Assembly: GCA_010405405.1 (NCBI GenBank)
Contig: MU004236.1
Span: forward strand, 322,576 to 386,575
DNA: 64,000 nt
Direction: 5' to 3'
DNA from: Microthyrium microscopicum
Taxonomy: Eukaryota
Of the stretch, positions 11,996 through 26,000 are shown piece after piece (the stretch's first letter is position 1; each line of letters begins with the position of its first letter). Under the pieces are notes generated by a model. The model saw only the letters and a program-made list of their open reading frames with translations, was not told where the DNA came from and ran no database searches. The position numbers and the translations under genes were made by a program.

Positions 11996-14275
11996 ATTAT
12001 TACTAAAACTAAAATATTTTACTAGTTATTCTAGTTATAAAAATAAAAATAGTATATCTAGATTCTTTATATTTTCTAGATATAAAATATATATAATAAA
12101 TTATATAAAATCTAAGTATACTATTAGTTATTAGCTTTAAGTAAAAAGTTAGTAAAGTTTATATACTTCTTAATTCTTTTAATTACTTAAAAATAAGATA
12201 TATAGCTATTATCCTAATTATAGCTAGAATATAATAAAAGTATATATTAAAATACTCGTTATAAATCTAGGAATACGAATATAGTAATAGTTTAGCTTAA
12301 TATTATATATTCGTTACGTAATTAAATTATTAAGAATTTTTAAATTAATTCTTTTTTTTAATATTAAGTTGAATTAGGATTTAGTAAGTATATATAATAA
12401 AAAATACTAAGTAATATCTTCTACTATTATAATTATATAGATATATTAACTTTAGAACTTATGTTACCTTAAATAAAACTATATATACTAAAAGATATAT
12501 TTTTTCTTTATATTTTTCTTTTTTTCTTTTTAATATATTTTAATAACTAGAGTTACTATACTAAAACTAATAGAAGAACTAAAACGAGCTTAATTAGACG
12601 AACAAAATAATATATTTTTCATAGCTTAAATACTATATTTCTATTTTTAGTAATATTAAATTAATTATTAATATTAATTAATATTAACGTTAATTAATTT
12701 AGTATTAATACGGTATAGGCATTAATTAATTAATTTTAGTATAAGCCTCCATTAATTAATATTATTATGGCGTTAATTAATTAAATTAAATTAATTCACA
12801 ACCCTGGTGGGCACTGAAATAATGAGGCGGCGTCTGCGAGTCGAGGCTTCGGAGCGCTTGGCACGGTTCAATTTGACTATGTACGGTCTTGCAACCGCTT
12901 CGTGGTCCCTGGAAATTGGCACAGACTGTGCTGCAGCACCCAAGATGCTTGGTAGCGCGGGTGGACAAGCACTTGCACAGTTGAAGGCCGCTTGATGACA
13001 CCCACAATTTGGCTGCGCAAGCTATCCGTAGATGCTGGGAGGAAAGAAGCGGATGACCGGCGGAATGCTGTGTCAAAAGGCTGGTCCGTAAATATTCAGG
13101 CAGTCTGAGGACGGTGCAGGGTCAATTCCGTAATTACCAGGTATGTGTGAAGGTGAATTGGAAAGGGAAAAAATATTGGGAAAATATCAGGATGCTGGGC
13201 AGGGTGAGAAACAGGCTACGCTCGCCAGCCGGGCAGCATGACAGGAGGTCCGTCCGCAAATTCCAGCAGTTTGGTAAAGTCTGGGTCCACTGGTCCACTG
13301 GCTCAACTGGATCCAGGGAGTGATCTGTCCGTGGTAGCTTTGCTTTGGGGGGGTTTTTCTGGGTCACTGGGATGAAAAGGGCCAGCTGCTGGCACCGTCG
13401 TTGGTCCGTATCTTTGTATGCTATTTCAAGAACAAGGCCAAATTTCAACCTCTTGAAACTTTATAACTAAACAGTATAATTTCAATCGCCTCTGGTATCT
13501 GGACAACTATGATTGTTGTCTGTCTAGATGCTCGTGAATGCAAGAAAAGGGGCCCGGAAGATGGGCGACAAGGGACAGGCGAATAGAGCCGGCAAGTGTT
13601 ACCGATCTGTGGATGGTGTTGGCAGCTGTGGTGGAGTTGGGACGGGAGGGAAAGAAAGCGCCTCTGTACAAAACTGCGCGTGGTTGAGCTGTAAGCCTGT
13701 GAGATTTGAAGTCTAGGGCAGGAGTGATAGCCTGGTAATCTGGTCGTTAAGATGTATGGGTACGTGTAACAGCAGCAGCGGGACACCTGAGAAGGAGAGA
13801 GGACGATGAGATTCAACCAAAACTGGAAAGCAAAAGCAGGCAACCTGGCAGTCTCTTATATTTTAAATACGAACTGTGTGTCTGGTAGGAATCACCCTGA
13901 GCGGCCGTGTATGGTCGGTCACTTTTGGACCTTTGGTGCAAGTTCAAGGCAATGGGCGTAGGCTGGCTGGCAAAAGACGGAGACTGCTCGATGCTGGGTG
14001 GTACGTTCGTCCTGTACTCTACCTTAAGGGGATGGCTTGGTCCTTAGGATGGATTTCTTCTGGTTCCAACCAAAGCGCCGGTGTTGGTTCTGTTTCTTTT
14101 TGGTTACAGCGCGAGCGCACAAAATGACAGCTAGCAAATCATGCTCAAGTTATCCAAGAGGCAGGCTTTTAGAGAGGCCGGATGCGATGAACCTGAGCCT
14201 TCGGCAGAGGACGGGCGAAAATGAAAAAGCAATATCTTGCGGGATCCACTTCGTTTTGGGCTACTGTGTTATATA

Positions 14276-14619
14276 CCGTAAAAAGCTAACAACATGTCCG
14301 CAAGCTCTTGGGCGTTAAAGAGGCTTTTTAGAGTAGTTATGTGGCGCATTTTTATTCTTTATAACTTCTTCTATTTCCTCTACTATTATCGTAGAAGAAC
14401 GCTTTAAATTTAGAGTACAGAATATTAATACTAAGCTTATAAGCCTTAACTTCTTACTACTTCAAAATATCTTAAGATTCTATAGTTCTAAGATCTTGAA
14501 CGTTGAGTCTATGAAAGTGCTCCACTTATGGCTTCCTAAACCTTGTAATTTTGACGCCAATAGGCTGTTTTGGCTGAATCGATTGGCTACCTTGCGGACA
14601 TGTTGTGAGAATCTTACGG
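14276..14619. mobile_element. MITE of Tc1/mariner-pogo type (344 bp)
   Basis: 29-bp TIRs at 14276-14304 and 14591-14619 (25/29 match, inner 16 bp ACAACATGTCCGCAAG perfect). Flanked by TA on both sides (14274-14275, 14620-14621). Interior is TpA-rich, as expected after RIP. Confidence 0.8.
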
Positions 14620-14621
14620 TA

Positions 14622-15703
14622 CCAAAGTAACTGTCTTTTCAAGTCCAGCCCTTAGAATAGGTACGAACTTGAACGTCGATTATACAAAATTCCTTGAGCA
14701 ACCTTTTTCCTGGGTCAATGACGAGAAATCAAGCCTCTTTCACGGTTGTACTGTTTCCGAGGCTTTGCACCAACCGGTTACCAAAGGCATTTCTATTCTT
14801 AGGGATTAACATCCATTACGTTGTTGAATTCAACATAGAAATTGGGAAAGCATATAATAATGTAGCGCAAAGGCGGTCCTCGTCTCCAAATAATCTATCT
14901 ATGTCAAAACTAATGCTTACGAAATGATCTTGCTCTACATGACCGTCGAAGATTATCTCAGCCTTTCCATAAAGATTTGGTACCAAATTGGCTACTACGC
15001 TTGGTTGATATTGGGCAGTTAAATTGATGTATCACAGCAATCGGTGGGACTATCATGATGAAATGAATTTGCTCCAAGTAGGAGATTCTGGTGTACGCAA
15101 TACAGTGAATGAGTACGATCTGAATTCCTGCAAGCTTCCAAGTCTTGAAAGCTGATCAGACATCTCATGATACTGCCTATAGTTGAATAAGACAAATAGG
15201 TATGAATCTGAACGCTTGAGTACCATATTTGCACTGAAGACATCGAGAGACAGGAAACGGATAGCGCATTTTTCATAAATGGAAAAAGAAGAAAGCTCGG
15301 ACGATGAGCGTGATGGTACAGGGACTTGGCGCCTGGGGTATCCTTGCTCCACATTGCCAAGGGATCCGGCAGCTTGGTTCAATTATTCTGGTCTGGAAAT
15401 AGTGTGATTGAGGGCGTCTTTGATTGGTCTATACTTCCACTAGTCCGACTACGGGTAAGCCCAGCCTGAGCTTTTGGAAACCGAGAATCCAAAAGCATCT
15501 TGTTCCTTTTGCTTCCGCTTCGTCTTCTTCTTTGTACTCACGGGATAGCCGTGACTCAGAGCCACCGCCGCAGGCGACTTCACCAGCCTCAGCATGATAG
15601 ACCTCCCTACAGGCCTTCTCCAAATTCTGTGATATACTGTACCCACAGCTGCCAACAACAAACACCCCCATCGTCGACAGTACTTGATCCCATTGCGCGG
15701 CAC
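14622..15703 (-). pseudogene. Possible decayed gene of unknown family
   Basis: ORFs 15449-15703 and 15053-15382 share one frame, which continues to the MITE with about 9 scattered stops in ~360 codons. No recognisable motif. Confidence 0.3.
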
Positions 15704-18691
15704 CAGATCTCATGCACACACATGGCATGGTCAAATTGCTTACGTATATTGACTGGATAGTCAGGCCGCTTCATGAACGACAACCTTCCCGCTCACACCG
15801 CTGTGTATGCGCCAGAAGAAATCATGATATCCCTTCATTTAAAATGGCCATTTGTAGGTGTTTCTGAGTCCTCGATCATCACGGTTCCTCAATTCATTGG
15901 CCACTTGTTCAGCCTCCCCGAGAACTCATCCGCTCCCTTGGGAACATGACCCAAAAGGACTGGAGATCTGGTCAGCCACAAGACTAATGGTATTCAATTC
16001 TATGACTACTCATTACTATTAGCGCCGACAGGAACTGCAATGTTGAATATCGTAGGATTCAAAAATGTGCTTCACTGGCCTTTTTGTAAGGCTCATGATG
16101 CTCAATTGTGATATATTTCAGCCAGGTCTGTTGTCAATGCTTCTTTTGTGTGGATCACTGACCCAGCTAGTTGGAATCCAACCGCTAATTGTCTCACCTG
16201 CTCACTTAGCCAACCATCGATCCAATATCAAAACAGATATCACCGCATCACTTAACTCTCAATTCCCTCGGACAAATACTCTCTGCTTTGAAAAACTGCA
16301 GTTCTTGTTTATGTTCCTACTTTCGGGGTCTAGGGAATTCGTTACCAATAGATTTGGCTTTTGATACAGACATCCACGGGAGCATTTGAGACACGAGTTC
16401 ATGTTCAGTTGACCAAACACCTTTCATTGAATCATTATTTCCAAGTCAACTCTCAAACCACGTATATCAGTTTAAGGCCACCATAATAGCACGATGTATT
16501 GAGAAGTCTCCATTCAAGAAGATAAGAACTAGTGCGATATCAAGCGACTAGTCCTGGTAGTTCGTCAACTCTTCATAATAATACAGAGTCTAGAGCACAG
16601 TTCTCCAAGCAGTTCATTGAGCTATTTCAAAGCGCATTAGCCGCCAACAATGAACATAAGCTAGCCAGACACGATATATCTGCATCAACGCAATCTACCA
16701 GTCATTATGAAGATCAGCAATCGACATGCTACTATAGTGTATTGGATGATAATAAGTGTGCATGCTGCATCGGAACCTTCCTTTAACAGTGGGTTCAAAG
16801 TGTGCCCATTCATGATCCAGCATCCATCTTGCATCTTGCAGCAACAGCGGAATGCAAGGTTTATACTTTTCAATTTTGCCCACTGCTACTAAAAACCCCA
16901 GGCTCTATTCCGTCGTTTGGTGTTTCTAGTCTGGGCTTGGCTGGGGGTCGTTCGGCCCTTTTTCTCCTAAATTGCCCCCTGTGCGTGTGGGAGATTTCGA
17001 AGTACACTACATGAGGCAAGTAATTTTCTTCTTTCCCTCTAAAGCATTTCGCGCACTTGAATCCGCCATGCCGGAAACTTTTTCTGCTTGGACAAGGAAG
17101 AGTCTGCAAGAAGAGGCAGACAAGGCTTAACGATACGTCCATACCAAACTATACCTAGCAAAGTTGACTGGGAAGTTTGGCTACGTTTGTCTGGGTTTGT
17201 ACACTTTGCGATCTTCTACAACACAAGCTTTTCCGAATCTGCATGAACCCGAATACCGATCTTGTGCCTCTTTCCCAAAATTTAATCGTGACGAACACGT
17301 CACTTGTACATTATTCAACGGGATGCGGTTTAAATCTAAGACAAGACGGCAAGTGTTATACTAGCACATAGCACCATATAACGCTTTATCCGCCTGGAGC
17401 CACGTTCGCAAAATTGAATGACAGCGGTTTTGACGGCTCCTTCACCGCTTCTTCATGAAGCAGATCGATCAGGGTTCAAAAGCCGACACTTTTCACATTT
17501 GTTTTTTTGCTTTTTTCATATGGCTGGTCCACTGCACTGGATCCCCAGCACTGGATTGAATCCAGGACTCTCCGATCCCTGCAGTACCCGTCTTCGCACT
17601 GTGACGAGAGAAAAAAGGTCGCTATACCAGGGACAGTGCTTAAACCCGCCCGGTTGGTCGGTCACATCGCTTCAGATTTAGGATGTTGTGCGAGCGCGGC
17701 TAATGCATGGAAGAGGGTTTGATCTGGTGGTTCAGAACGGGACTTCCTGAAACGATGGTTTTTGGCGAGCTTGATGGTGGTCGAAATTTAACGTGTGCAT
17801 TGAGAAATTCCGACTGTGTGGCACGCTCAAGGGGTAGACGGATTGCCTAGTGTGGTGATTCAATGCGTGAGTTTCGAGGGTACTCAACGTGCCTAGATGT
17901 TTACATATTGATATTGTGTTATGGCCTTCTTCTTTGCAATGTGAAAGTAAACCTTTCATCAGAACAAAGATACAAATTCTCAAAGACTGTCGTGGTACAT
18001 CAGTACTCCATGTCTCATTTATGATGTTCATATCGGAGCCGATATCAGCACTACTTTTTCAACTACTATGTATTTGGTCAATTACATTGATTAAACTACC
18101 AGAAAAGCTGCCTACATGACCAGCATTTTGCTTAGGCGAGAATCGTACCTGCCTTATCACAACAGTTTTTAAGCCAAACAGCGAGCGCTATGTGACCGGT
18201 CTCGACAATCATGTAAGGCTTTCAACTGCGGTGCACCAGGCCTCTCGCCTGTTCCGATCCAAACCTCTGGGTTTTCGCGTAGTCTAAGCGTACCAATAGA
18301 TTGCGTTTTGAGGATTGGAACGTGGAATTGTGGTACAACCTTGACTTGAGCAATTAATGTGGATATAGACCCAAATTGTACATTGTAAGCGCCAGGGGCC
18401 AAGCAAATGTTCAGATCATGGAACCGAAGAGGCGCATATCAATGAAGTTATGTCGTATAACATCTTTGCAAAAGCTTTCTAACACTCGCGATCAATAGTG
18501 GCAAAATCCATTACAATAATGGCAAATTACTTCAGGAATCGAATCAATGCATCATTGACTCTAAGACAGGGTTGCGTGACATGGATCACTTCCTCAACCT
18601 CCCCTCCTCTACGAAGTCTCGACCAAACTTTTTCGAATACAATAATGTTCCTACTTCCGCCGAGGAATAGTGCTTAGCTCTGGAAAACACC

Positions 18692-19696
18692 ATGGCGCTA
18701 AGTAAATCCAAAGATACATCTTCATCCCAGAACAATGACGAACAGAACGATAGCAGCCATCGCCGGCCTATACTGCATCACCTCAACGCAGACTCTTCCT
18801 GGCTTCTACAACTCCCACATCCACATTCTAAACCTGGGCAAAGGACTTTCTTCAACATTCTAATCGATCCCTGGCTCACGGGTCCTCAAAGCGACGTCGC
18901 CAGCTGGTTCAGCACTCAATGGCACTCTGAAAGCCCGGCCTACGCGAGCATTGCGGATGTTGAAGAACTCGCTTGGAAAACTGAATCCATTATTGATAAG
19001 AGTGCAACCAGGAACTCGCCAATAGATGTCGTCGCCATCAGCCATGAGTTCACCGACCACTGCCATCGCGAGACTCTGATGCAGCTCCCTGTAACAGTGC
19101 CAGTCCTCGCACCACCCAAGGCGGCTGGTGTGGTGAGTGCGTGGAAGCACTTTGACCACGTTTGCGAAATGCTGCCATTTCCGCAGCACTCCGGGGAGCT
19201 GGCTCTGCCGTATTGGGTGCGCGTCTCGAGAGTACAGGATGAGTCTGATGCGCTGTATTACCACTCGGCTGTCGTCGTAGCGTTCAAGTCTCGCGCAGAT
19301 GGCGAGGACGTGGAGGAATTCGTGATGTATACGCCCCATGGTGTTGGAGTGTCAGCGGTAGAGAAGATGAGAGAGACAGCTCCGAGTCTTCGACCGCTGT
19401 GCTTGATCCACGGTCTACATGATGTGAAGCTTTCGGTGGTGCAGCAGCTAAATCTGGGTGGACATCATGGGCTCAATGTGTATCGAGCATTGAAGTCAGA
19501 TTCGTGCTATTGGGTTGGGACGCATGATGAGCAGAAAAAGGGAGGCGGATTGGTTTCTTGGTTTCTACATAGGAACATGATTACGCTGGGTGATGCTTTG
19601 CGGCAGGAGAAGTTGTTGCGGATGAAGGCTGAGGATGAAGATATTAAGGTCTTATATGAGGAGATCGGCAATGGTGAACAGAAGATTCTAGTTTGA
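18692..19696 (+). CDS. Metallo-beta-lactamase-fold protein (conserved fungal hypothetical hydrolase)
   Basis: Intronless 334-aa ORF with HLNADSSWLL, ILIDPWL, a variant metal-binding motif SHEFTDHCH, and later HGLH and GTHDE motifs. Confidence 0.8.
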   Translation: MALSKSKDTSSSQNNDEQNDSSHRRPILHHLNADSSWLLQLPHPHSKPGQRTFFNILIDPWLTGPQSDVASWFSTQWHSESPAYASIADVEELAWKTESIIDKSATRNSPIDVVAISHEFTDHCHRETLMQLPVTVPVLAPPKAAGVVSAWKHFDHVCEMLPFPQHSGELALPYWVRVSRVQDESDALYYHSAVVVAFKSRADGEDVEEFVMYTPHGVGVSAVEKMRETAPSLRPLCLIHGLHDVKLSVVQQLNLGGHHGLNVYRALKSDSCYWVGTHDEQKKGGGLVSWFLHRNMITLGDALRQEKLLRMKAEDEDIKVLYEEIGNGEQKILV

Positions 19697-20012
19697 CTTT
19701 CTGCTCAAACCTTCTTGTCATTTCGCGCACTATGATACCCCCTTTTTTTGACACAACTGTACTTGCTTTCTACCTTCAATCGATATCAATTCGGAATAAC
19801 TCTCCCTGAAGTTGCAATCGCTGAGTTGATATTGGTTGTAAAAGCAAGGTTTGCGCCACCCTGTAGAGCACTAACCGCTACACCTTCAATACCTACTTGT
19901 GCATTTGACTTTTGGCTAAATGAGATTGAGAACTAAATTGTATGTAATGGTTCTTAGAAATTTGACCATCATGTGGTAGACGGAAAAAGATTCGGCTAAG
20001 GGCGGATATGGA

Positions 20013-23000
20013 TGAATTTCTTAGTTGATTTCTCTTTTGCGTAAGCAGAAGATAGGCTTTTTACTGAGGCCCTTATCTAAAGTAAGGCTACTATATGGGA
20101 TAGGACTTAAACCTTTATACCTAGTTACTTATATAAATAGAAGATCTATTTAGTTTATTTAGTTTTAGAGGCTTTAGGTGCTTTAAAGGGCCCCTAGCTC
20201 TTTACTATTCTTAGCTAGTAAAGCAAAATTAACTTATAGAATGTAATCTATGTTAGAATCTATTAAGTTTAAGGTTTTAATCCTTACTAACTCTAATTTA
20301 TTTAGGTACTTTAGACTCTATAGAATCTTTATATCTTTTAAGCATTCGCCTTAGTAAGTGAAGAACTTTTTAGGATTTAACTTAGAGCTTTAGTAATATA
20401 GCATTTATATAGCTATACGTTCTGCTATAATCTATCATTGTAAGTAGTTTAAAAAACTAGTTATAGTACTAGTCTTAGACTAGATTAGTTAAGGCTTTTT
20501 ATAATAGTAAGATAGGTAGCCTTTATATAGGTATTATGCTATAAATTAATATATAATTCTTATACTTTTATTTTTAGCCTTTAATATATAAGGAAAACCT
20601 ATAGTATAGAGTATAATTAGTTATAGTATTAATTCTAAGATAGATATATAGCTTCTCTTAAACCTAAGGTTTACTAAAATCTACTTAATTATTTCCTATA
20701 CCTTTATTACTACTATATAATTAATTTAGATATATTCTTTTATAAAGTTAATACTATAAATTAGATAGTTAAGCTTATTTAGATAGTTAGCCTAAGTAAC
20801 TTAGTAGCCTATCTAGATATATCTATATAGAAGCTTTTAAAGAAGATCTACTACCTTAGGAACTATTAGTTTATTATAGATAGCTTACTATATACGTTTT
20901 ATTATTACGTCTCTTTTAGTCCTTTGCTTATATATAGTAATAATATAGGTAACTTTCTTACTATAATTAACTATATCTTGTTTTTAGCTTAAGAAGAAGA
21001 GATAAAACTAGCAAAATATAGTTCTAGAGAACCTTATTTATTAGCCTATTTTATAATAGAGTTCCTCTTAGCGAACTTAGTTATAGGCTTAATTTATATT
21101 AGGAGATTATAGAGTAATCTACTACTAATATAGAAATAAGCTAACAAGTTATTAAATATTATTCTTTAGTCTTTAGGTTTTAACCCTATTATATAACGCA
21201 TAGGTAAATAAGTAAGGTTTTATTATAATAAGGTTATAAATAGAACTAAGGGTTTACTTTCCTAATCTCTAAAACTCTTTATACTTTTTATTATTTTATT
21301 ACTATATACTATGCTCTTTGCTTATCCTTATTATAGGATAATACTATAGGTTAGCCTTTAGGATATTAGATCTTTTTACTATAGGGTTCTATATTAAAGG
21401 GTACTTTATTTTAGTAAACTTATTAGTCTTATAGATATAACGGAAAGCCTTGAATATATAAGCTAGTCTAATTAGTAAGTCTTTATACTTTACCTTTTAG
21501 TATGTCGTCTAAATCTAAGGATTTGTTAGAGCTTTTATAAACGTATTATTTTACTTTATCTTCTATTAGAGTAAAGAGTTAGTAAGTTATACTTAATATA
21601 GGTTAAAATAACTCTAAGTTTAGGTAATAACTACGTAGATACTAGCATCTAAGATAGATTAGATATTCTAATAGCTAAAGCTACCTTTATTTTTATATTT
21701 ATACGCTCCTATTATAGTAATATACCTATTATTTAAATTATTTTATACTATCTTACTATACTTACTTATTAATATGTCTCTCTATAAGGTAGTAATTAGT
21801 AAGAATCTTATAGCATACCTTATTAGGAATAACGTTAATAAGTTAGTAATAAGGACGTAACCTTTTAATAAAAGGTATAGGGCTAGCTACTAAGATATAA
21901 TTAATAAGATCTTATCTATAAGTACTTCTTAGAACTTAGTAATAACCTCTTTTAGCTTTATTTTAATAGGGATACTAAAGTAGAGGTATTATACCTCTCT
22001 ACCTATAACTTATATATTAGGGATTATAAACTATTTAGGTTCTTTATAATAGTAAAGTAGATAGGACTTATTCTAGTTAACTTTTGCTATTAATACTAGC
22101 CTAAAGTTATAGAGTATTTCCTTAATAATATTTGCTTCTATCTAGTCCTTAATAAGGATCTAGGTATTGTTAGTATAGAGTATTGTCTTTAGTAAGTCTA
22201 AGCCTAGTATATAGTAACTAACTATTTTTTAATCCTATTATATTATTTAGGCTAAAGGCTTAATTACTATAAGGAAGAGTAGATAGCTAATTAGGTTGCC
22301 TTAGTAAACTCTTAAGTAAACTACTATTACGTAACTTTAAAAACTATTAATTTAGGCATAGAGATTTATATCCTTATAAAGGATTTTAAGCTAATCTATA
22401 AATTTATTAGGTATATTTATTTTAGCTATAGCTACCTATAGGAAGAGATAGTTTACCCTATTATATACCTTCTCTTAGTCTATAAAAAATAGGCTATGCT
22501 TCTTGCTATTTATAAGTAGATTACTAATAAGTATTTAAATCGTACGAATATTATTATTAATTAGCTAACTCTTTAAGAAGGCTATTTAATAAGGTCTAAT
22601 TACGTTACTAAGGACTTTATCTAGTTACTATTTTAAGATAGAGGTAAATAGTTTATAGTCTATATTTATAACTAAGAGTAGTTAATAGTTTAATAGTTAC
22701 TCTTTATTACTCTTCTTAAAGAGGATTACAAGATAATTATCTATTTAACCTTCTAGGTACTATCTAGTATCTATTACTTCTTAAAATACTATTTATAAGA
22801 GCTTTACGAAATATAAGAACTCTTTAGGTTATCTTATAATCTTTAGTTTAGTAGGGGCGAGAGCTTTATAAAACTTACTAATAAAGCTATTATAGCTAGG
22901 TAAAGTTCTAACCTTTATTAACTAGATTGCTTTTACTACCTCTTATTTCGTTACTCTATTTATTAGTAGAGTTTTATTAGGCTTAGATACCTTTTACTTA

Positions 23001-26000
23001 ATAGTAGAGATAAAGCATTTTAATTAATCTTAGTTGATATTTTTCTCTTTAAATAGCTTTAAGTAATACTCTTTAGCTCATTCTAAAATCTTATTATTAC
23101 GCTTTAGTATAGCACTATCTTAGCTCTTTAGTAATATTATTATACTATCTATCTTTTTCTTTATTTTATTAAAGAACTATTTAGTAGGACGTTTGTCTAA
23201 TATAGCTAATTTAGCTAGAGCGTTATAAGAGTAATTCTTATATTCTTATTATACTAGATATACCTCTTAGATAGTAATAGCTTCTAATTATCTATTAATA
23301 GAGGTTAGTAGACTTCTAGATCTTTATATATATAGCTTTTAATAATAATTCTTTAGAAACTATTTATGACTTCTTATAATGCATTTCTACTTAGTCTATT
23401 AAGCTTTTATAGACTCCCTTATCTTTGTTTTATAAGTATCTTAACTTTAGATTAGGTTAGTAAAGTTAAACTTAATTAGTTCTTCTATATAAAGTTTTAG
23501 AACCTTAAGATTCTTTACGTTATTAATCTTTAGTTATTATCGTCCTAAGCCTTTAGGGCGCCTTTCTAGGTTTACTTTAAGAGTAAATCTTATAGCTCTA
23601 TAGTCTTAGTTAGTTAGACTAGTTTATATTATGTCCTAATCCTTAGTACGCTAAAGCTAATCTTCTTTAATATAAATTCTATTAATATAAGAGGTTTCTT
23701 TATATAAGAATACTCTAATATCTAGCTACTAATAGCGCTAACTATTAATTATCTTGCCTTAGCTTATTAGTTAGATGCTATGTCTCTCTAAATTAGGGAT
23801 AAGTTAGTTTAGACATTTAAGTCTATAATAATTAATAGGTAGGAGTTTAGAATTTTAATCTCCTACTATAATATTATAGTTAAGGTTTTTAGCTATAATT
23901 AACTAGAGATATATTGCTTCTTATTATAACTTATTCTACTTTTCTCTTTTAGTTAGAGCATAAATTAAAGTAACTATTAAGGTTATATTCTTATAGCATA
24001 CTCTCTAGACTAAGAAATAACTACTATTTATAAGAATATAGCTAGACTTATAGTCCTAAGTCTTCTCTTTATCCTTTAGCTAATAACTAGTTTTTGTATT
24101 AATTAAAATCGTAACTCTAGCCCTCTTTTTAGTTTCTAGTTATACTATATTAAGATAGATTTAGGGATAAAGGGTAGTATATTTAAGCCTTATAGCCTTA
24201 TCTAATATCGTTTCCTATATTAGTAGAATATTAATAGAGTTAGCTATTACGTAGTAGTAGAGATCTTAGAAATGGGTAGTATTATTAAGTCTTTATATAT
24301 TATAAGAAACTATGTTTATTATATCTAATATAAGAATCTATAAAGGGGTAGTAAGTAAAGTTACTCTACGTAAAGGTACTTAAGTAGTAGATACTTAAAT
24401 GAGGTCTAAATATACTTAAACGTAATACTTTAAACTCTGCTTATTATAAATAATATACTCTGAGTCGTTTATTCTTACTACCTAAAAAGGAATAATGGTA
24501 CTAATATTCTAGCTCTAAGGCCTAATATTTATAAGGGTTAATTAGATATATTTATAAAAGATATTGGGTATTTTATTAAAGTATACTACTATACCCCTAA
24601 GTTATACTCTATAGTATTCTTAAGTCCTTATAGAGAAGCTTAACGCTTTACTCTATACGCTTAGAAGTTTAGCTATATTATAAATAATATTATTAGTACT
24701 TAGACTAGTAGAATAGGTAGTAATAAAAATTATAGGCTTTCTAGTAATAAAGATATAGAGCCTAATAGACTCTAAGCTAGGGATCTTGATTACTCCTTTA
24801 GTAGCCTTAGTAGCCTCCTTATTAGAGGGGTATTTAAATATATAGCTAAGAGACTTAATATTATAGATCCTAATAAGGTATTATATGCTAGTATTAATAA
24901 GCTTATCTATAAGTATTTTTTGCGTAGTAATTCTTATAATATAAGTACGTTTATTAAATAAGAGCTTATACGTAACGTGCTTACTATTTACGTATATAGA
25001 GTTATTTAGAGAGTAATTCTTAATTAAGCATAATTTTAGCCTCTTAACTAACTTATCTAGTAGGTTTAGTCTATCTAGAGTCTAGACTTACTTTATTTTA
25101 TTAGTATAGTTAATAGTATTTAATTTAGTTCTACTACGCTTCTTTATAGTAGTAAAGGGTATGCCTTTATACTTAGTTTTATTAGTAAACTAGCCCTAAG
25201 GATAGACGTTTATTAGGCGTAGAGGGGTTTAAATAGGGAGTGCTTAACTAATTTAAATTCTAATATAGGTAAGTAAGAAGAGTCTTTAGGGTACTTAGGG
25301 AGGAAGTTTTTATAGTAAGGAAAGCTTAGGGAGAGTTATATAGGCTTTTCTAGCTTTATTTAAGGGATTAGTTAGTTTCTCTATTACCTTATTTATCTTA
25401 ATAGGGCTAATAGGAGTACTCTTGCTTAAGGTTTTAACTAAGACGTTACTTTTTTTAAGGTTGACGTTATTATCTTTAACTATATTATATCTAGCGTTAG
25501 CTTTTTTAGCCTTCTCTATCTTTCTTATAGTATGTATCTTCTTTCTTACTTTATTCTTCTTATTTTTAGCTTTTGCCTTTTTTTTGAATTTTCTTTTCTT
25601 CTACCTTTCTTCTTCTTTATTTATAGATATCTTAGCCTCTTAGTTAGTCTTTTGCTACTTTTTAGTAAGCTAGCGATCTATTACCTTATTCTTTGCTGCT
25701 TTATTTATCTTTACCTAATTAACCTATTACTTAGTTAAACCTATATCTAGGTTAGGTATATCTAATATATTAAAATTAAGAGCTCTAAGCTTGTTATATA
25801 ATTCTCCTATAGTTATTCTATTAGCCTAATTCTTAAGTACTATATAACTTTTAGAAGAAGAGCGCGTACTTATGTTTAGAGAACTCTTTAACGCTTTAGA
25901 TTCTATAGAACTTATACTATTTATAGCTCCCTTAGGGGGAGCCTTTTCTAATGTATTAGGGACTATAGTCCTAAGGGGTAGGTTTAGAGTATAGCTTAGC

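Larger units (their letters stand above)
4096..12806. mobile_element. Non-autonomous hAT-superfamily DNA transposon (~1.1 kb once the nested LTR element is removed), RIP-degraded
   Basis: 20-bp TIRs CAGGGAAGTGAATTAATTTA (4096-4115) and the reverse complement of 12787-12806, CAGGGTTGTGAATTAATTTA (18/20 identical). Perfect 8-bp TSD GTGGGCAC at 4088-4095 and 12807-12814. CAG termini plus an 8-bp TSD are hAT hallmarks. AT-rich subterminal TTAATTAA repeats. Confidence 0.9.

Noticed and set aside
17420..17520. tRNA-like stretch with a GCTTC-TTCAT-GAAGC hairpin (possible UCA anticodon), GGTTCAAA and downstream T-runs
   Set aside because: No acceptor stem or D arm can be formed, the T arm lacks the G53-C61 pair, and position 37 would be a pyrimidine. 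Not a supportable tRNA or tRNA-Sec.
16065..18402. Numerous 60-100 aa ORFs
   Set aside because: No recognisable domains or consistent exon chain; treated as intergenic.
20095..20125. B-box-like sequence (AGGACTTAAACC) near the LINE 3' end
   Set aside because: It needs assumed RIP reversions and has no A box or cloverleaf; too weak to call.
25422..25738. Very hydrophobic plus-strand ORFs that look like membrane proteins
   Set aside because: They are antisense shadows of the K/E-rich LINE ORF1 relic in RIP-mutated DNA.
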